Assembly (NCBI GenBank): GCA_951406725.2
Contig: OX597816.1
Span: 103,602,001-103,666,000 of the forward strand
Source of the DNA: Octopus vulgaris
Lineage: Eukaryota
Direction: 5' to 3'
DNA length: 64,000 nt
The position numbers and the translations under genes were made by a program. Shown here in pieces: positions 12,787 through 25,299 of this stretch. Every line of letters starts with the position of its first letter. Positions within the stretch are counted from its first letter, which is position 1. Below the pieces are notes generated by a model. That model made no database searches, had not been told where the DNA came from, and was given only the letters and a program-made list of their open reading frames with translations.

Positions 12787-12840
12787 GCCACCACCACCAC
12801 TGCTAATGCCACTACTAAAACTGTTGCTGCTGCAGCCACC
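12725..12840. repeat. (TAC)n / (CAC)n trinucleotide microsatellite
   Basis: Direct inspection; explains the poly-Val ORF at 12513-12842. Confidence 0.95.
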
Positions 12841-12909
12841 AATATCTGAATAAAATTGTGTTGCTATGTAATTATGTGTGTGAATGTATTTCTACTGCAC
12901 ACACACATA

Positions 12910-12965
<56 letters not shown>

Positions 12966-14077
12966 CATGCACGCACACATCTATTCCAGTTTGTGTAACT
13001 GATTTCATTTAGTAACGTAACTTGTAGCTCAACCACCATATTGATATGTTGAATAGTGATAACTGACTGCATACTTAATATCTTCAAATAACTTGCCAAA
13101 AACGAAAAGCAAAAGGAAAAAATGGCAATTCTTCATTTTGAGTAAAAAAACAAAAAAAACAACAAAGCATCACTTATAAAATATTGGGATCCCTAACTTC
13201 AGTAGTTTCTCAGACATTTGACTTGAACCTTAAATATTCAATCTGCCAAACAAACTGGTTGAAATCATGTGGCACCTCATATTTTGGTGAACTCATATCT
13301 GGAATGGTAAGAGGGAAAGTAAGGAAACTATTCAGTATACCAATGTTTACTCCTGTATATGGAAGTATTATTTATTCTGTATATCCTGTCATTGACCCTG
13401 TTTCTTTTGGAATTCACTACTGATGACTGCATGTGCCACATGTAAATAGATTCCTTGGCTCAGTCTACTGACGCAAGAATTATATTCTATAAGCGGAATA
13501 TTTGCCAAGTGAGTTGTATAATGTCACCGAAGATAGCAAACTGGAAAGGGTTTTACATTTTTGTCAGCTGTCATATGGATGATGAGACTGAACTGAGACA
13601 AAAGTCTGCTGCCATAGATGCATGTAATCAACTTCAGCACTACTTTTACTCATTTTCCTTGAATTACTACAGTCCATGACCTAGCTGTTTGTTTGGGTTG
13701 TGAATTGAAGAAGTGGGTTAATAACAAGAAGTCAAGGTATTCAATAGAATCAGGAAGGAAGGAGCTGGATTATGTGTGTGTGTGTGTGTGTGTGTAGGAG
13801 GGGGTGGCGGTTCTATAGTATTTCTGTGCAGCCAAGTAGCCATTTCTGTGTACACACATGAGCAACCAACGTCATCGGAGCTTGCTTACTGCTACAATGA
13901 TGAGTTGCAGGAAAGCTGCTAGTAGAAGCTAGTTAATTCCATCGGAATCAGTTTCATTGTGTGCACAGGCGTGTATGTAATTACATGTGCGTTTCTGTTT
14001 TTATATAAATATGTGTACGTGTATGTGTTGCCATCTGATCATCTGTATTCATCTGTATGTTTGCTCGCATTTGATTC

Positions 14078-14110
<33 letters not shown>

Positions 14111-14205
14111 ATACACTTTGTGTGTATTGTCTTGGGGAAATATATGTTGATATCTTCACGAAAGCATGTGGGTTGTGTATAATTTATTTTTGTGCTGTAT
14201 GCATA

Positions 14206-14236
<31 letters not shown>

Positions 14237-15019
14237 GAATATACTTAACTATGTATATTGGTATGTATGTATGTTTTAGTGAGTGTGTCTGTGTATGCAT
14301 TGTTAATGTATAGGCTTATATGCAAGTATATGTGTGTATGTTTACATTAATGTTTTGCTTGCATATATTTCTGTGTAGGTAAGCTAATCCAGGAAGTACA
14401 TACCACTCGTTTGCTTAAATATCAGTACATTTTCACTTTCACTACACACTTATATTTTAGATTGTATATGCATATCTTCTTTTTTTTTCCCCTGATTTGA
14501 TTATATTCGTATGGGTATTTAACTTAGATAGCAAATTTATATATTTTTTATTTTCTATGTTTGCATGTGTGTATGTTTGTGTATGCATATGTGCATCTGT
14601 GTATGTGTAAGCTCATGGGTATCTGTGTGTATGTATGCATGTCTGTGTGTGTATATATTTATGAATGTATGTATGCATGTGTATATATAAAAGTATGCTA
14701 ATATGCTGAGCTTCTTTTGGTTTACCTTGGGTAACATTTTCAAAAGAACTGGTATCAATTTCTGACAGCTTGGTGAAGTGAAGCCAGCCATTTAATATAC
14801 AGTTCTTCTTTGGAATACAATAAAACACCTGCAGTAGGTCTGAACTTAGAATCTATTACTAGGTAGTCTAGTACCTTATGCAATTTATGGTCTAGCCTCT
14901 GCACTATGCATGCAAATAGGTGTGTGTCTATTCTGTGTTTCATAACCAGAGCCAAAGTAGCTGTTGAACCAACAGAAGGGAACCAATACAAAATGACTTG
15001 CAATGTTTTATATCATCTT

Positions 15020-15850
15020 AATGCAGCGAGGTAGCAGAATCATTAGCATGCTGGGAAAAATGCTTAGAAGCATTTCATCCATCACATTTTGAGTTCAAAT
15101 TTCACAGAGAGTGACTTTGCCTTTCTTCCTTTCAGAGTCTATAAAATAAGTACCAGTTGAGCCCTGGGGTCGATGTAACTGACTTAGCCCCTTCCCCAAA
15201 CCTGCTGGCCTTGTGCCAAAATTTGAAACCAATATTTTATATTGCTTTGGGTGTTGGGCTGGCAGAACCATTAGCACATCAGACAAAGTGCTTAGTGGCA
15301 TTTCACCCATCTTTATGTTCTGAATTCAAATTCTGCCAATGTTGAGATTGCCCTTCATCCTTTCAGGGTTGATAAATTAAGTACCAGTTGAACAGTTGGG
15401 GGTCAATGTAATCAACTTTCCCACCATTCAAAAATTACTGGCTTTGTGCCAAAATAAGAAAAGAATATTTCATATCATCTTAAGGTGGGGAGCTGGTAGA
15501 ATCATTAGCACACTAGACAAAATGACCAGGGGCATTTTATTCATCTTCATGTTCCAAATTCAAATGCTATTATGGTCAACTTTACCTTTCATCTTTTGGG
15601 GTTGATAAAATAAGTAACAGTTGAGCACCGAGGTCGATTTAATCAATTTAGCAACCCCCTTAAAATTGCTGGCCTTGTGCCAAAATTTGAACCCAATATT
15701 TTATATCATCTTTCTATGCTTCAAGTTCAAATGTTGCCTGGTTCAACATTACTTCATTTTACAGGGGTGATAAAATAAATACCTGAATTTGAGGGGTTAA
15801 TCCAATTAGTTGTACTAGTCTTAGTCTGAAAATTTGTGGTCTTGTTTCAA
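15020..15850 (+). mobile_element. Head-to-tail array of three near-complete and one truncated family E SINEs
   Basis: ~230-bp period; each copy has GCAGAATCATTAGCA..GTTCAAATT..CTTTCATCCTTT..GATAAA.TAAGTACCAGTTG..GGCCTTGTGCCAAAATTTGAA. The core resembles the Meta/MESC SINE domain as I recall it; this is unverified. Confidence 0.85.
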
Positions 15851-15852
15851 TA

Positions 15853-16280
15853 CAGGTCCTTGTCAACTTATGGCCACAATTGGTTCCAACTGACTGGTCA
15901 TAAGTCAATTTGGCTGTAAGTTGACTTATAAACCTACATAGCTTTGTTTTATATTTTTACATTCTTAAGGTACATTCTCAGGTAAAAGTCACACACAGCA
16001 TTCTGTATTATACTATCATACTGGAGTCTCAAGCAGTTGTCTTATAAACAAATACAAGGTTGCCTCATTGTCTCCGCGAAAGGTTATTCATACAACTACC
16101 GGGATAACCTAGGGGAAGCATTCGTTAGCTGACGTCATCCGTAAATGGGTTGATTTCTAAGAAATTTAACCCATTAAATTTCAACTGGATTATTTATTAT
16201 TGCTGTCGGGGGCTGGCACGCCAATTGTCATGAAGTCAATCAGTTGTAAGTCAGATAGATCAAAAGTCAATGATAACCTG
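15853..16280. mobile_element. Tigger/pogo-like non-autonomous DNA transposon
   Basis: TA|CAGGTCCTTGTCAACTTA ... AAAAGTCAATGATAACCTG|TA, a degenerate CAGGTAGTCCTCGACTTA-type TIR with TA TSD. Confidence 0.6.
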
Positions 16281-17607
16281 TATAAGAAACCCTTATTTAA
16301 ATCTGAGGGAAAAAGAACCATGCTGTTTCTTATTTTGTTAACTTACTGTGTGCATTGCTTATTTATTATGCTTACAACTTGCTATGCATACTCAAGTGAT
16401 TGTAATGAAAAAACTTAACTGCTCGTATATTAACCAACTGTCTGACAGTATGATTGATTACTGTTTATGAAGAATTAGTGGCCTTCTAGTATATTGTTTT
16501 TATTTACATGCATTATTTCTAATATCCTTCTCATTATTAGACATTAAACTAATCAACAATCCTATGATTTTTTTTTCAGGCTCCCAATGCAATTTGATTT
16601 AATCTTTATTCACTTACTCAGACACTAAACTTTTTTCCTGGTTTTCTTTTAAACCAAATCAGTTATTCATTTTTCTTTCATTCTTTTTTTCTTTTTGCAA
16701 TTATCATTATTTATTTTCGAACCAGGCAAAGTTTTTTTTATATCACAGTCTATTTTCAAACACTCTGTTTACTAACCAAATACCACTTGTTCTTAGTAAA
16801 CACCCTGAAGTCAATAGACATCATTTGTGACATATTTAGTCTCCTTTCTCTCAGTTTCTCCCTGCTGACTCACCATCAGCCTTTCCCTGTCTGGACAGAA
16901 AATGTATTGCTTCTCCAGAAAATAACAACTGACATGCTGTGCTGAGAACTTGTCAAAGTTGAATACATCTTGTCACACCTGGAAAACACATAGGTTTTGG
17001 GTTTGTTTTTATCATAGAGCAGTTATTTAAAGTTGATTGATGTTTTTCTATTCATAAAAAACTTTTGTATTTTCATTGTTTAACAATGAATACCCATAGC
17101 CTTAAGTGTGAACAAACATCTATCTACTCTAATTTGGCATGTTATTTGAAGGATAAAGAAAATATTTAATTAAAAGGTTATATAATACTGGACTTTACCA
17201 CAAAATAATGGAATTTTTTGTCACTTATATATATATGTATGTATATATTTATAAAGTATAAGGAAAGGGAAAAATATATAGATGTAGACGATCTTTAATT
17301 CAAATTCAAGTTGGTACAAATCCAATATAAATTCTACAAATTGTTTCAAAGTCTAATTGATTCAAGACAAAGATGAAAAACACTTCTTGAAATAAAAATT
17401 AGATTCTTTTTCAGGAATTACATATTGGTATGAATAATTATGATCAACAAAAAATATAAAAAGAACTTTATAGCCCAAACAAGAATAAACAATCAAATAA
17501 TGATAGAAGGAAAGTTATCAGAATGCCAGACTGTTCAAAATGAGAGGAAAAAAAAAATATATATACATATATGTATAAACTACTCCAGATATGCTTAGAA
17601 GTAATAT

Positions 17608-18022
17608 ATCATCATCATTGTTTAACATCCATTTTTCATGCTGGCATGGGTTGGACCATTTGAATGAAGTTTGGAGAGCCAGTGGCTGCACCAGGCTCCA
17701 TTCTGATCTGCCAGTGTTTCTACAGCTGGATACCCTTCCTAATGCCAATCCCTCCAAGAGTGTAGCGGGTGCTTTTTATATGCCACTAGCACAGGAGCCA
17801 GTCAGGCGGGCCTGGCATCAATTATGTTCGGATAGTGATTTTTATGTGCCACCAGCACGGGGGCCAGTTAGGGGGTACTGGCATTGGCCACATTCGGATG
17901 GTGCTTTTTACATGCCACCGGAATGAGAGCCAGTCAGGGGGTACTGGCATCGGCCACGTTTGGATGGTGCTTTTTATGTGCCACCAGCATGTGAACCAGT
18001 CAGGAGGACCTGGCATCGACCA
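17608..18022 (-). mobile_element. Family B repeat with four 66-bp internal units
   Basis: (CAT)n tail, TTTAACATCCATTTTTCATGCTGGCATGGGTTGGAC, CAGCTGGATACCCTTCCTAATGCCAA; units start at 17768, 17834, 17900 and 17966. Confidence 0.9.
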
Positions 18023-18675
18023 TATATATTATATATATTACTTTGTATAGAATTTAGATGTTTTATAGTATACAAATAATCAATATAAACAATGCAATTG
18101 AAGATAGAAAAATAGGTATTAGGTGTATATGCATATTTCAAGGGTTATTGCACCTTCTTCAGTGCCACATTCAACCCATTACCTATTTTACTATTGTTGA
18201 TCACATTGTTTACATAGCTGTGGACGAAAAGTCACAACTTTTGGCGCTGGTTCTAAATTCTATAGAAAATCTGTAGCGATAAACTTTAAGTGATTGTATT
18301 ACACTGCTAACACAAAAATAGGACACAGTATTGACTTATAAACCTTTGGTATGCTTGGTAGTTGCAAAACAAAATATGATGTCCCTATCAGCAATTTATA
18401 TTTATATACATACAAAAAAGATAAGAGTAGAAATTAAGCAACTTGTAACAGTTAGAAGTTGATCATTAGTATTGAATGATCATTGTTTAATTATGGTTGA
18501 GATAACCTTAGATGGTTGCATAACCTCTAACTCATAATTATATATGTGTGTGTACATATATACATATACATACATATACATAGGTAACAAACACTATTAA
18601 CTACTTCTGATGAGCGATATGAGCATTCAAGAGACTCAATTTCAAGTGTGCTTCAATGTACTGCTCCAGTGCGCA

Positions 18676-18905
18676 TCATTATCATCATCATCATTTAATG
18701 TCCTTTGTCCATGTTGGCATGGGTTGGATGGTTTGACTAGAACTGGCAAACAGAGCAGCTGCACCAGACTCCAGTCTGGTTTGGCATGGTTTCTATGGCT
18801 GGATGCCCCTCCTAACACCAACCACTTTACAGAGTGTGCTGGGTGCTTTTACATGGTACTACACAAGTATTTTTATGTGGCACCACATGGGCGCTTTCAC
18901 ATAGC
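18676..18905 (-). mobile_element. Family B repeat
   Basis: (CAT)n tail plus CCATGTTGGCATGGGTTGGATG..GGCTGGATGCCCCTCCTAAC core. Confidence 0.85.
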
Positions 18906-19856
18906 ACTGCCACACACACACACATACGCACACACACACACTCTCACATACACATACACACATATACATATGCATCAACTAATACATGTGGAAGGAGAGA
19001 GAGGTATCATTCAAAAACAAGTAAACAGTATTACAACAAAACAAGAATCAATAATTATATTTCACATATACACACACATATACATATGTGCACACATTCA
19101 TGGTTATTTGTTTAAGTAAGAGTTTAGTTATATTTGAACAACAAATACAAATTAAATAGCATAAAACCAGTGTTAGTAGAACTAAAGATGTGTTTGGTTA
19201 CACTGATTATAAGTACAAGCATGCATGGCTAGTGAGCATTTTAAAGCAGGGAAGTAAAGAAATCTGCTAATATTAGTACAATAGTATAATTACTCAATTA
19301 GTTGATCAAAGTTGTATGCAAAAGTGAAACTATACTCAGATGACCGGCATAGAAGTAACATTATTAGTTACTTCAACAATTAGAATCTACATTACAGAGT
19401 GTAACCTATACAGGCTTCAATCTGATTGATCAGCTCATGAAAGAAAAATCATACCAAAATTAGTAAAAGACTGAGCAAGGTGGATTAAGATGTGGTTTAG
19501 AATGTTGCAGTCACTGTTTAACCCTGATTGAGTATACGTATGATCAAAGACATTCTAGTCTTTTTCTTGTTAGATACAATGTATTTACAACTGCAATGAT
19601 GTACCTTTTCCAAGAGTGTAGGCTGGGATTTAAAGGGGATTTAATTGCTATTTTTACTTGATTTAGTGACCAGCTGGACTCTCTTCCATTGGGTTTGCTT
19701 GAGTTTCAGTTCATTTATGTACATATGTGCAACAACAGATGCTTCATTTCTTGTGAAGCCACTGCTATAATGTTTCTTACATACGAATAAATCACTGCTC
19801 TACTTCTATTGACAATTATATGGGTGCCTGTTTCTTCTGACTTATGGATTCTTAGA

Positions 19857-19965
<109 letters not shown>

Positions 19966-20554
19966 AGGTATACTTCAAGAAAAAACAACTCAGATTTACC
20001 CTAACCAACATATATATATATATGAAATATGTTAGGGTAAATCCTAGTTGTTTTCTCTTGAAGCATATCTGCTTATTCCAATGTTACAATCAATATGTAT
20101 CCATAATTGGTGCTGTATGTGAGTCAAAATACATATTAAAATTGAGAATTCGGAAAAACTATTAGCATAAATAATTTATAATAAAATAGAAAAATGGAAA
20201 TAAAGAATACTAAAAGATTTCCATTTTCCCATTTTATTACACACACACACACACACACACTCACATACACACTCATATATCTTGAGGCAGTGATGCAAGA
20301 GTTCATGACTGAATGTCCTTGATAGACCTAATTGAATCGTGCAATAGCTTGATGCTGATTGGCTGCTTAATAGACTGATCTCTTGAAACTATTGTAGCTG
20401 GCTCATGATATCTGACTGGCTACCTAGCAGTTTTGAATCACTGCTACACTAGGGCCAAAGTGGTACTTAGGAACAGATTGCACAAAATCTCAATAACATC
20501 TCGGAAATAACTTCTCTCACTCAGAATGAAGAAAGGGAGGAAGTGAGAACTTAA

Positions 20555-20772
20555 CCCTTTGGCATTTAAACCAGTCACATCCAACCCAAATATTCTACTT
20601 GTTTTATGCTCAAACCAGCTAGTTCTGGCCTTTCACACCTACCCTACAATGTCATTTAAAAAAATTAAGTCACATCGTTAAAATTTCAAAGCTATGAGAT
20701 ATGCCTGATTAACTCAAAGCAATATGAATAAAACAAGGATTAGATTTGATTGAATAACCTGAAGCTATAAAG
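20555..20772. mobile_element. TTAA-flanked (piggyBac-type) MITE
   Basis: TTAA|CCCTTTGGCATT ... GAAGCTATAAAG|TTAA; right TIR is degenerate. Confidence 0.65.
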
Positions 20773-22217
20773 TTAATATGTTAGCTGCCTCACATGTATA
20801 AGAATTGTTAGTTTTCAGAATATTGACAAAGTGAAGAATTCAGACTCATTACTAAAAGTTGTAGATAGTTGCTGGAACTTTCAGGACCTAACTGATATTA
20901 GAAATGGTAGTAGTGAAAATGAGTATTTAAAGTAAAAACGGGGATGGAAGAATTTCATGGAGGTGTTATCTTTGTAATAGAATAATTTCTCATTCTATGT
21001 AACTGGTAAAATTTTGTATAAGAAGTTTGATATTGCATGGTAGAGACAGTTGTTGTTATTTAACTTCAGGTCAGCTCTGAGCAGAACTGTAACCAATGAC
21101 ATTCCAGCCATGACTATCACATGCTTTTTATTTTCAAGCATAATGTTTCTAGGACTACAATATTCACAGTGTCCTTCCTTTTTTAAGATAATAAGGTGTA
21201 ATATGAGGAAGATTTTACTGTTATTTCTAGCAGGTTGAGTAACAACTAAAAGTTCAATTGTAAAGGTGGAAGAGTCATGATTTAAGATCCATCAAAAATA
21301 CATAATTAGTGAATGTATGAGGGAGAATGTAAGAGAACTGCAATGTATGCAGATGTGAATGTGTTGCTTCTGACATGTAACAAAATTTACAGCTGCTGAT
21401 TGAGAAAGGTGCTATATATTCAGAGTGAAGGGTACTTGTAAAAAGATGAAAACCAAGAAAGATTTCAGAAGTGATGACATCAGTCCAGTGTATGTTGGTT
21501 CTCACTGATACAGTGCCACAAAATCTATATGAATGGCAATATGCAGTTATTCATTTGCAGCCCTGCCAATGTTCGTATGGAAGAACAGTCTGTGAATTGT
21601 TGAAGGTGATGAGAGAGAGAGACACACACACACACACGAGTGTTCGTGTGTGTGTGTATAATATATATGTACATATATGAGTGTGTGTATACCTACATAT
21701 ATATCTATATGCATAATATCATTACTGCCATCATCTATAGCTATATATCAAGAGGGTGTATATTCAAGGTATAACAGATGTACAGCAGATGCATTCAACA
21801 GTCATTAAGTAATGATTTAGTAATTTTATTTATTGCATGGTAATTAAATGACAAATTTATATAAATTGCAATTTATTATAATTTAGTATTATGCCAGTAG
21901 ATTTTTACATTCATTAAGCACTGAGCTAGCCTGTCATCACTCCTTTTGTATTTTATTACCAGTAGCCTATACTACAAACATTTGGTTAGATAGCAGTATT
22001 CAGCTTTCAGAATAAGCAGTTTTAGACAGGGATATGGTGTGAGTGATGTCTTAACAAGGGAGCTTGAGCATATGTACTTGATGTTCTAAATACAGCAGTC
22101 ACGTCTCTCTCAAATTACCTCCTACCGTCTTCAATAAGAAAGGATACATCGGACAAATAGGCCTGGATATATAAAAGATGAAATGGTTATGGCTAGAGTG
22201 TCTTTCATAGTAGGTCA

Positions 22218-22390
22218 AGACCATTCCAAGGAAGGTGTTCCAGAGGTGTTACCAGTAATGACAGAACCATTAGAAGTATGTGAACTCTCAAGGGGAATAT
22301 TTTGAAGGTGATTAAATAAAATTTGTGAAATGCACACAATGGTTATTTTTTTAATGCCCAAAGTTTGGATAGTTTTTGAACACACTTTGT
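22218..22390 (+). mobile_element. mariner 3'-end fragment inside a family C repeat
   Basis: Translates FQRCYQ..YVNSQGEYFEGD* (mariner C-terminus), then a TIR-like end ..GTTTGGATAGTTTTTGAACACACTTTG|TA. Confidence 0.7.
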
Positions 22391-22565
22391 ACTTGATCAG
22401 TGCTGACCTGAGGTGAAACAATAATAACTACCAGAGGAAGTAAAATAGTGAGAGAGCAGCTCCTAACTAGGTTAAAATGTGTAGCAATAATATAGTTTAA
22501 CCTTGTGTTCTAAACTGATTTCACTTTTCTACTGTTTAATACTGTATGCTGTTATATAATCTAAT

Positions 22566-22767
22566 CCTTCCTACTACAGGCACAATACCTGAAATTTTGG
22601 GGCAGGGGACTAGTCGATTATGTCAACCCCAGTGTTTCACTGGTACTTGATTTATTGACCTCGAAAGGATGAAAGGCAAAGTCAACCTTGGTGAAATTTG
22701 AACTCAGAACGTAAGGATGGACAAAATGCTGCTAAGCATTTAGTCCAGTGTGCTAATGATTCTGCCA
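22566..22767 (-). mobile_element. Family E SINE with 18-bp TSD
   Basis: Flanked by GCTGTTATATAAT(C/T)TAAT at 22548-22565 and 22768-22785. Confidence 0.85.
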
Positions 22768-23076
22768 GCTGTTATATAATTTAATATTAACATAGTATTT
22801 AGTTTACTATATTTCACTTCTCAGGTATACTGTGGACATGTAGCTACAGTTTTTCAAATACTGAAGGCTAGTAAAAGATACTATGTTCATTGTAACTATT
22901 AATTCTACATTTCTTATAACATAAAGAGGCTAACATAATTTATAAACAAACATTAGTATTGTTGTGTCACTGAAGACTAGGTTTTTGGATTTATTTGTTG
23001 CTCACATTCCTGGCAAGCAAAAATTAATGATATGGTAGTCAAAGGGATAAATGTGAAATATAGTCATTACTAGTTG

Positions 23077-23134
23077 GAAACGGCATGCAACTTAGTAATA
23101 CACATGAAACGGCATGCAACTTAGTAATACACAT
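23077..23134. repeat. Perfect 29-bp tandem duplication
   Basis: GAAACGGCATGCAACTTAGTAATACACAT x2. Confidence 0.95.
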
Positions 23135-23232
23135 GCTTCTCAAATTATAAACATTAGTGATTGAGAAAACTATTGGTTCACTACATCAATAATTAGTGAG
23201 AATAAACACTTCAAAAGTGCAATAAATTGATT

Positions 23233-23738
23233 TCATCATCATCATCATCATCATCATTTACGTCTGCTTTCCATGCTGGCATGGGTTAGACAGTTTGACT
23301 GAAACTGGTAAGCTGGAGAGCTGTACCAGGTTCCAGTCTGATTTACCATGGTTTCTACTGCTGGATGCCCTTCCTAATGCCAACTACTCCAAGAGTGTAT
23401 TGGGTGCTTTTTACATTCCACTGGCATGAGTGTCAGTTATGCAACACCAACATCAGCCACACTCTCACTCAGCTACACTCTCATTTGACTTAATGAGTCT
23501 TCTCAAGCACAGCATATCGCTAAAGGTCTCAGCCAATTATCATTGCCTCTTTGAGGCCCCATGTTTGAAGGGCACTTTTTATGTGCAACCAGCATGGGTA
23601 CCTGTTACATGACACCAGCATTGGCCACGATTATGGTTTCACTTGGCTTGATGAGTCTTTTCAAGCATTGCATATTGCCAAAGGTCTTGGTCACTTGAAA
23701 TTGTCTCTATGAGGCCCAACATTTGGAGATCATGCTTG
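23233..23738 (-). mobile_element. Family B repeat with duplicated 5' segment
   Basis: (CAT)n tail and core; the segment ATGAGTCTT.TCAAGCA..GCATAT.GC.AAAGGTCT..GAGGCCC occurs twice. Confidence 0.85.
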
Positions 23739-23877
23739 AAAAAATGGAAATGTATTACATTTCAGCCGAACCTCTCTAATCAGGGCTGAAGTTCACAGAA
23801 TTAAAGGTTTGCAGTAATTACGGTTATATGTTTTCTTCAATCGGAATATAGAGAAGACATTGTTTAATTGTCTAAAC

Positions 23878-24200
23878 CAGGCCTGGCCAACTTGAATTAC
23901 ATTACAGGGCACTTTTATCACAGAAAGTTTTATAAGGGCCACTTGTATACTGATGGAATTGAAAGCATTTTGCTTTCTCATGCTATTATTACAATAATGA
24001 ATGAATGATCATTGATTCAACATGAAATATTATCATTGTGAAAACAGTAGTATCTTTCTTCTTTACTTTTCATTACAATCTTTAATTTTTGATAAAATTT
24101 TCAAAATGTTTGTTTAAATAAACCCATTTTATGAAAGCATCAAGCAGGCCACAAGATAAAAGTTGCATGTGGCTCGTGGGCCTCAGGTTCACGAGCCATG
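23878..24200. mobile_element. hAT-Charlie-type MITE
   Basis: Ends CAGGCCTGGCCAAC / GTTCACGAGCCATG; 8-bp TSD GTCTAAAC (23870-23877) / GTCTAATC (24201-24208), matching the NTCTAGAN hAT target. Confidence 0.7.
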
Positions 24201-24574
24201 GTCTAATCCAATCATATTTTTAATGTAAGAACATGTAAAAACCATTCTTAGTTCCTTCAGCTATTGGGAGTTTCTAAAATTATTTATGGTATTTTATAAG
24301 ATCATATCTATCTTCATATTCCTGCAAACTCTAGTCAGTTCCATAAACATTATATAAATTATGATTCATCATTCTTTTAATCTTTCATGAGTTTTCATTC
24401 ATTAGCATGTGCTGATGCTGTTGCAATAACGTCATGGGTTTAGTAGGTCGTTTGTTAAACTGCTAAGTTACATAAAGAGCTAAAACATAAATAACACTGG
24501 ATTTTAGACATAGATACAGATGCAATCATATATACATTCATGTCTGTGTGTGTATTTATGCATGTATATATGCT

Positions 24575-24920
24575 CTTTTACTCTTTTACATGTTTCAGTC
24601 ATTTAACTGTTGCCATGCTGGAGCACTGCCTTTGTTGAAGAAATCGACCCCAGGAATTATTCTTTATAAGCCTAGTACTTTTCCCCTTTTGCTGAACCAC
24701 TAAGTTTTGGGGACATAGGCACACCAACATTGGTTGTTGCACACACACATACACACAATACACATTACACTCCAGTGCGATTTCCACCAATGAAATTTTG
24801 TGTATAATACATTGATCAACCCAAGGCTGCAGCAGAAAACAGTCCAAAGTGACATAAAGTATGGTGAATGCAGAATTATGTTGTTGTGAAGCAAACATCT
24901 TTACTACATAGTTGTGCCTT
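24575..24920 (-). mobile_element. Family A SINE
   Basis: TGTTTCAGTCATTTAACTGTTGCCATGCTGGAGCACTGCC tail through a degenerate head. Confidence 0.8.
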
Positions 24921-24924
24921 TGCT

Positions 24925-25180
24925 TGAAACTGAAAGAAGCCCGTTGTATATATGTAAATGTATATATGTGTGTGTTTGTGTGTCTGCCACCCCCCACCCC
25001 CAACACTGCTTGACAACTGATGCTGGTATGTTTACATCCTCGTAACTTAGTGGTTCGGCAAAAGAGACCGATAGAATAAGTACTAGGCTTACAAAGAATA
25101 AGTCCTGGGATCAGTTTCCTCGACTAAAGGCAGTGATCCAGCATGGCCAAAGTCAAATGACTGAAATGAGTAAAAGAGTA
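24925..25180 (+). mobile_element. Family A SINE, 5'-truncated
   Basis: GAAACTGAAAGAAGCCCGTTG..CTTGACAACTGATGCTGG..GGTTCGGCAAAAGAGACCGATAGAATAAGTAC..AAATGACTGAAA. Confidence 0.9.
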
Positions 25181-25299
25181 ATATATATATATAAATATAT
25201 ATATCAGTAAACATCCCCATTTGTGTTCTTCATATACACCTACACCACACCAGAAATCAACTTCAAGTTGGATCAGCAGTTTATGTTGAATTTTGAACA

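Noticed and set aside
13420-13450. CTGATGA followed by a hairpin (similar hits at ~18606, 25887, 49914 and 62726)
   Set aside because: No correctly placed GAAA, stem III and stem I.
17768-18022. CRISPR-like repeat/spacer appearance of the 66-bp units (also 15002-15850 and 48960-49215)
   Set aside because: The intervening sequences are homologous to each other, the DNA is eukaryotic and no cas genes are present.
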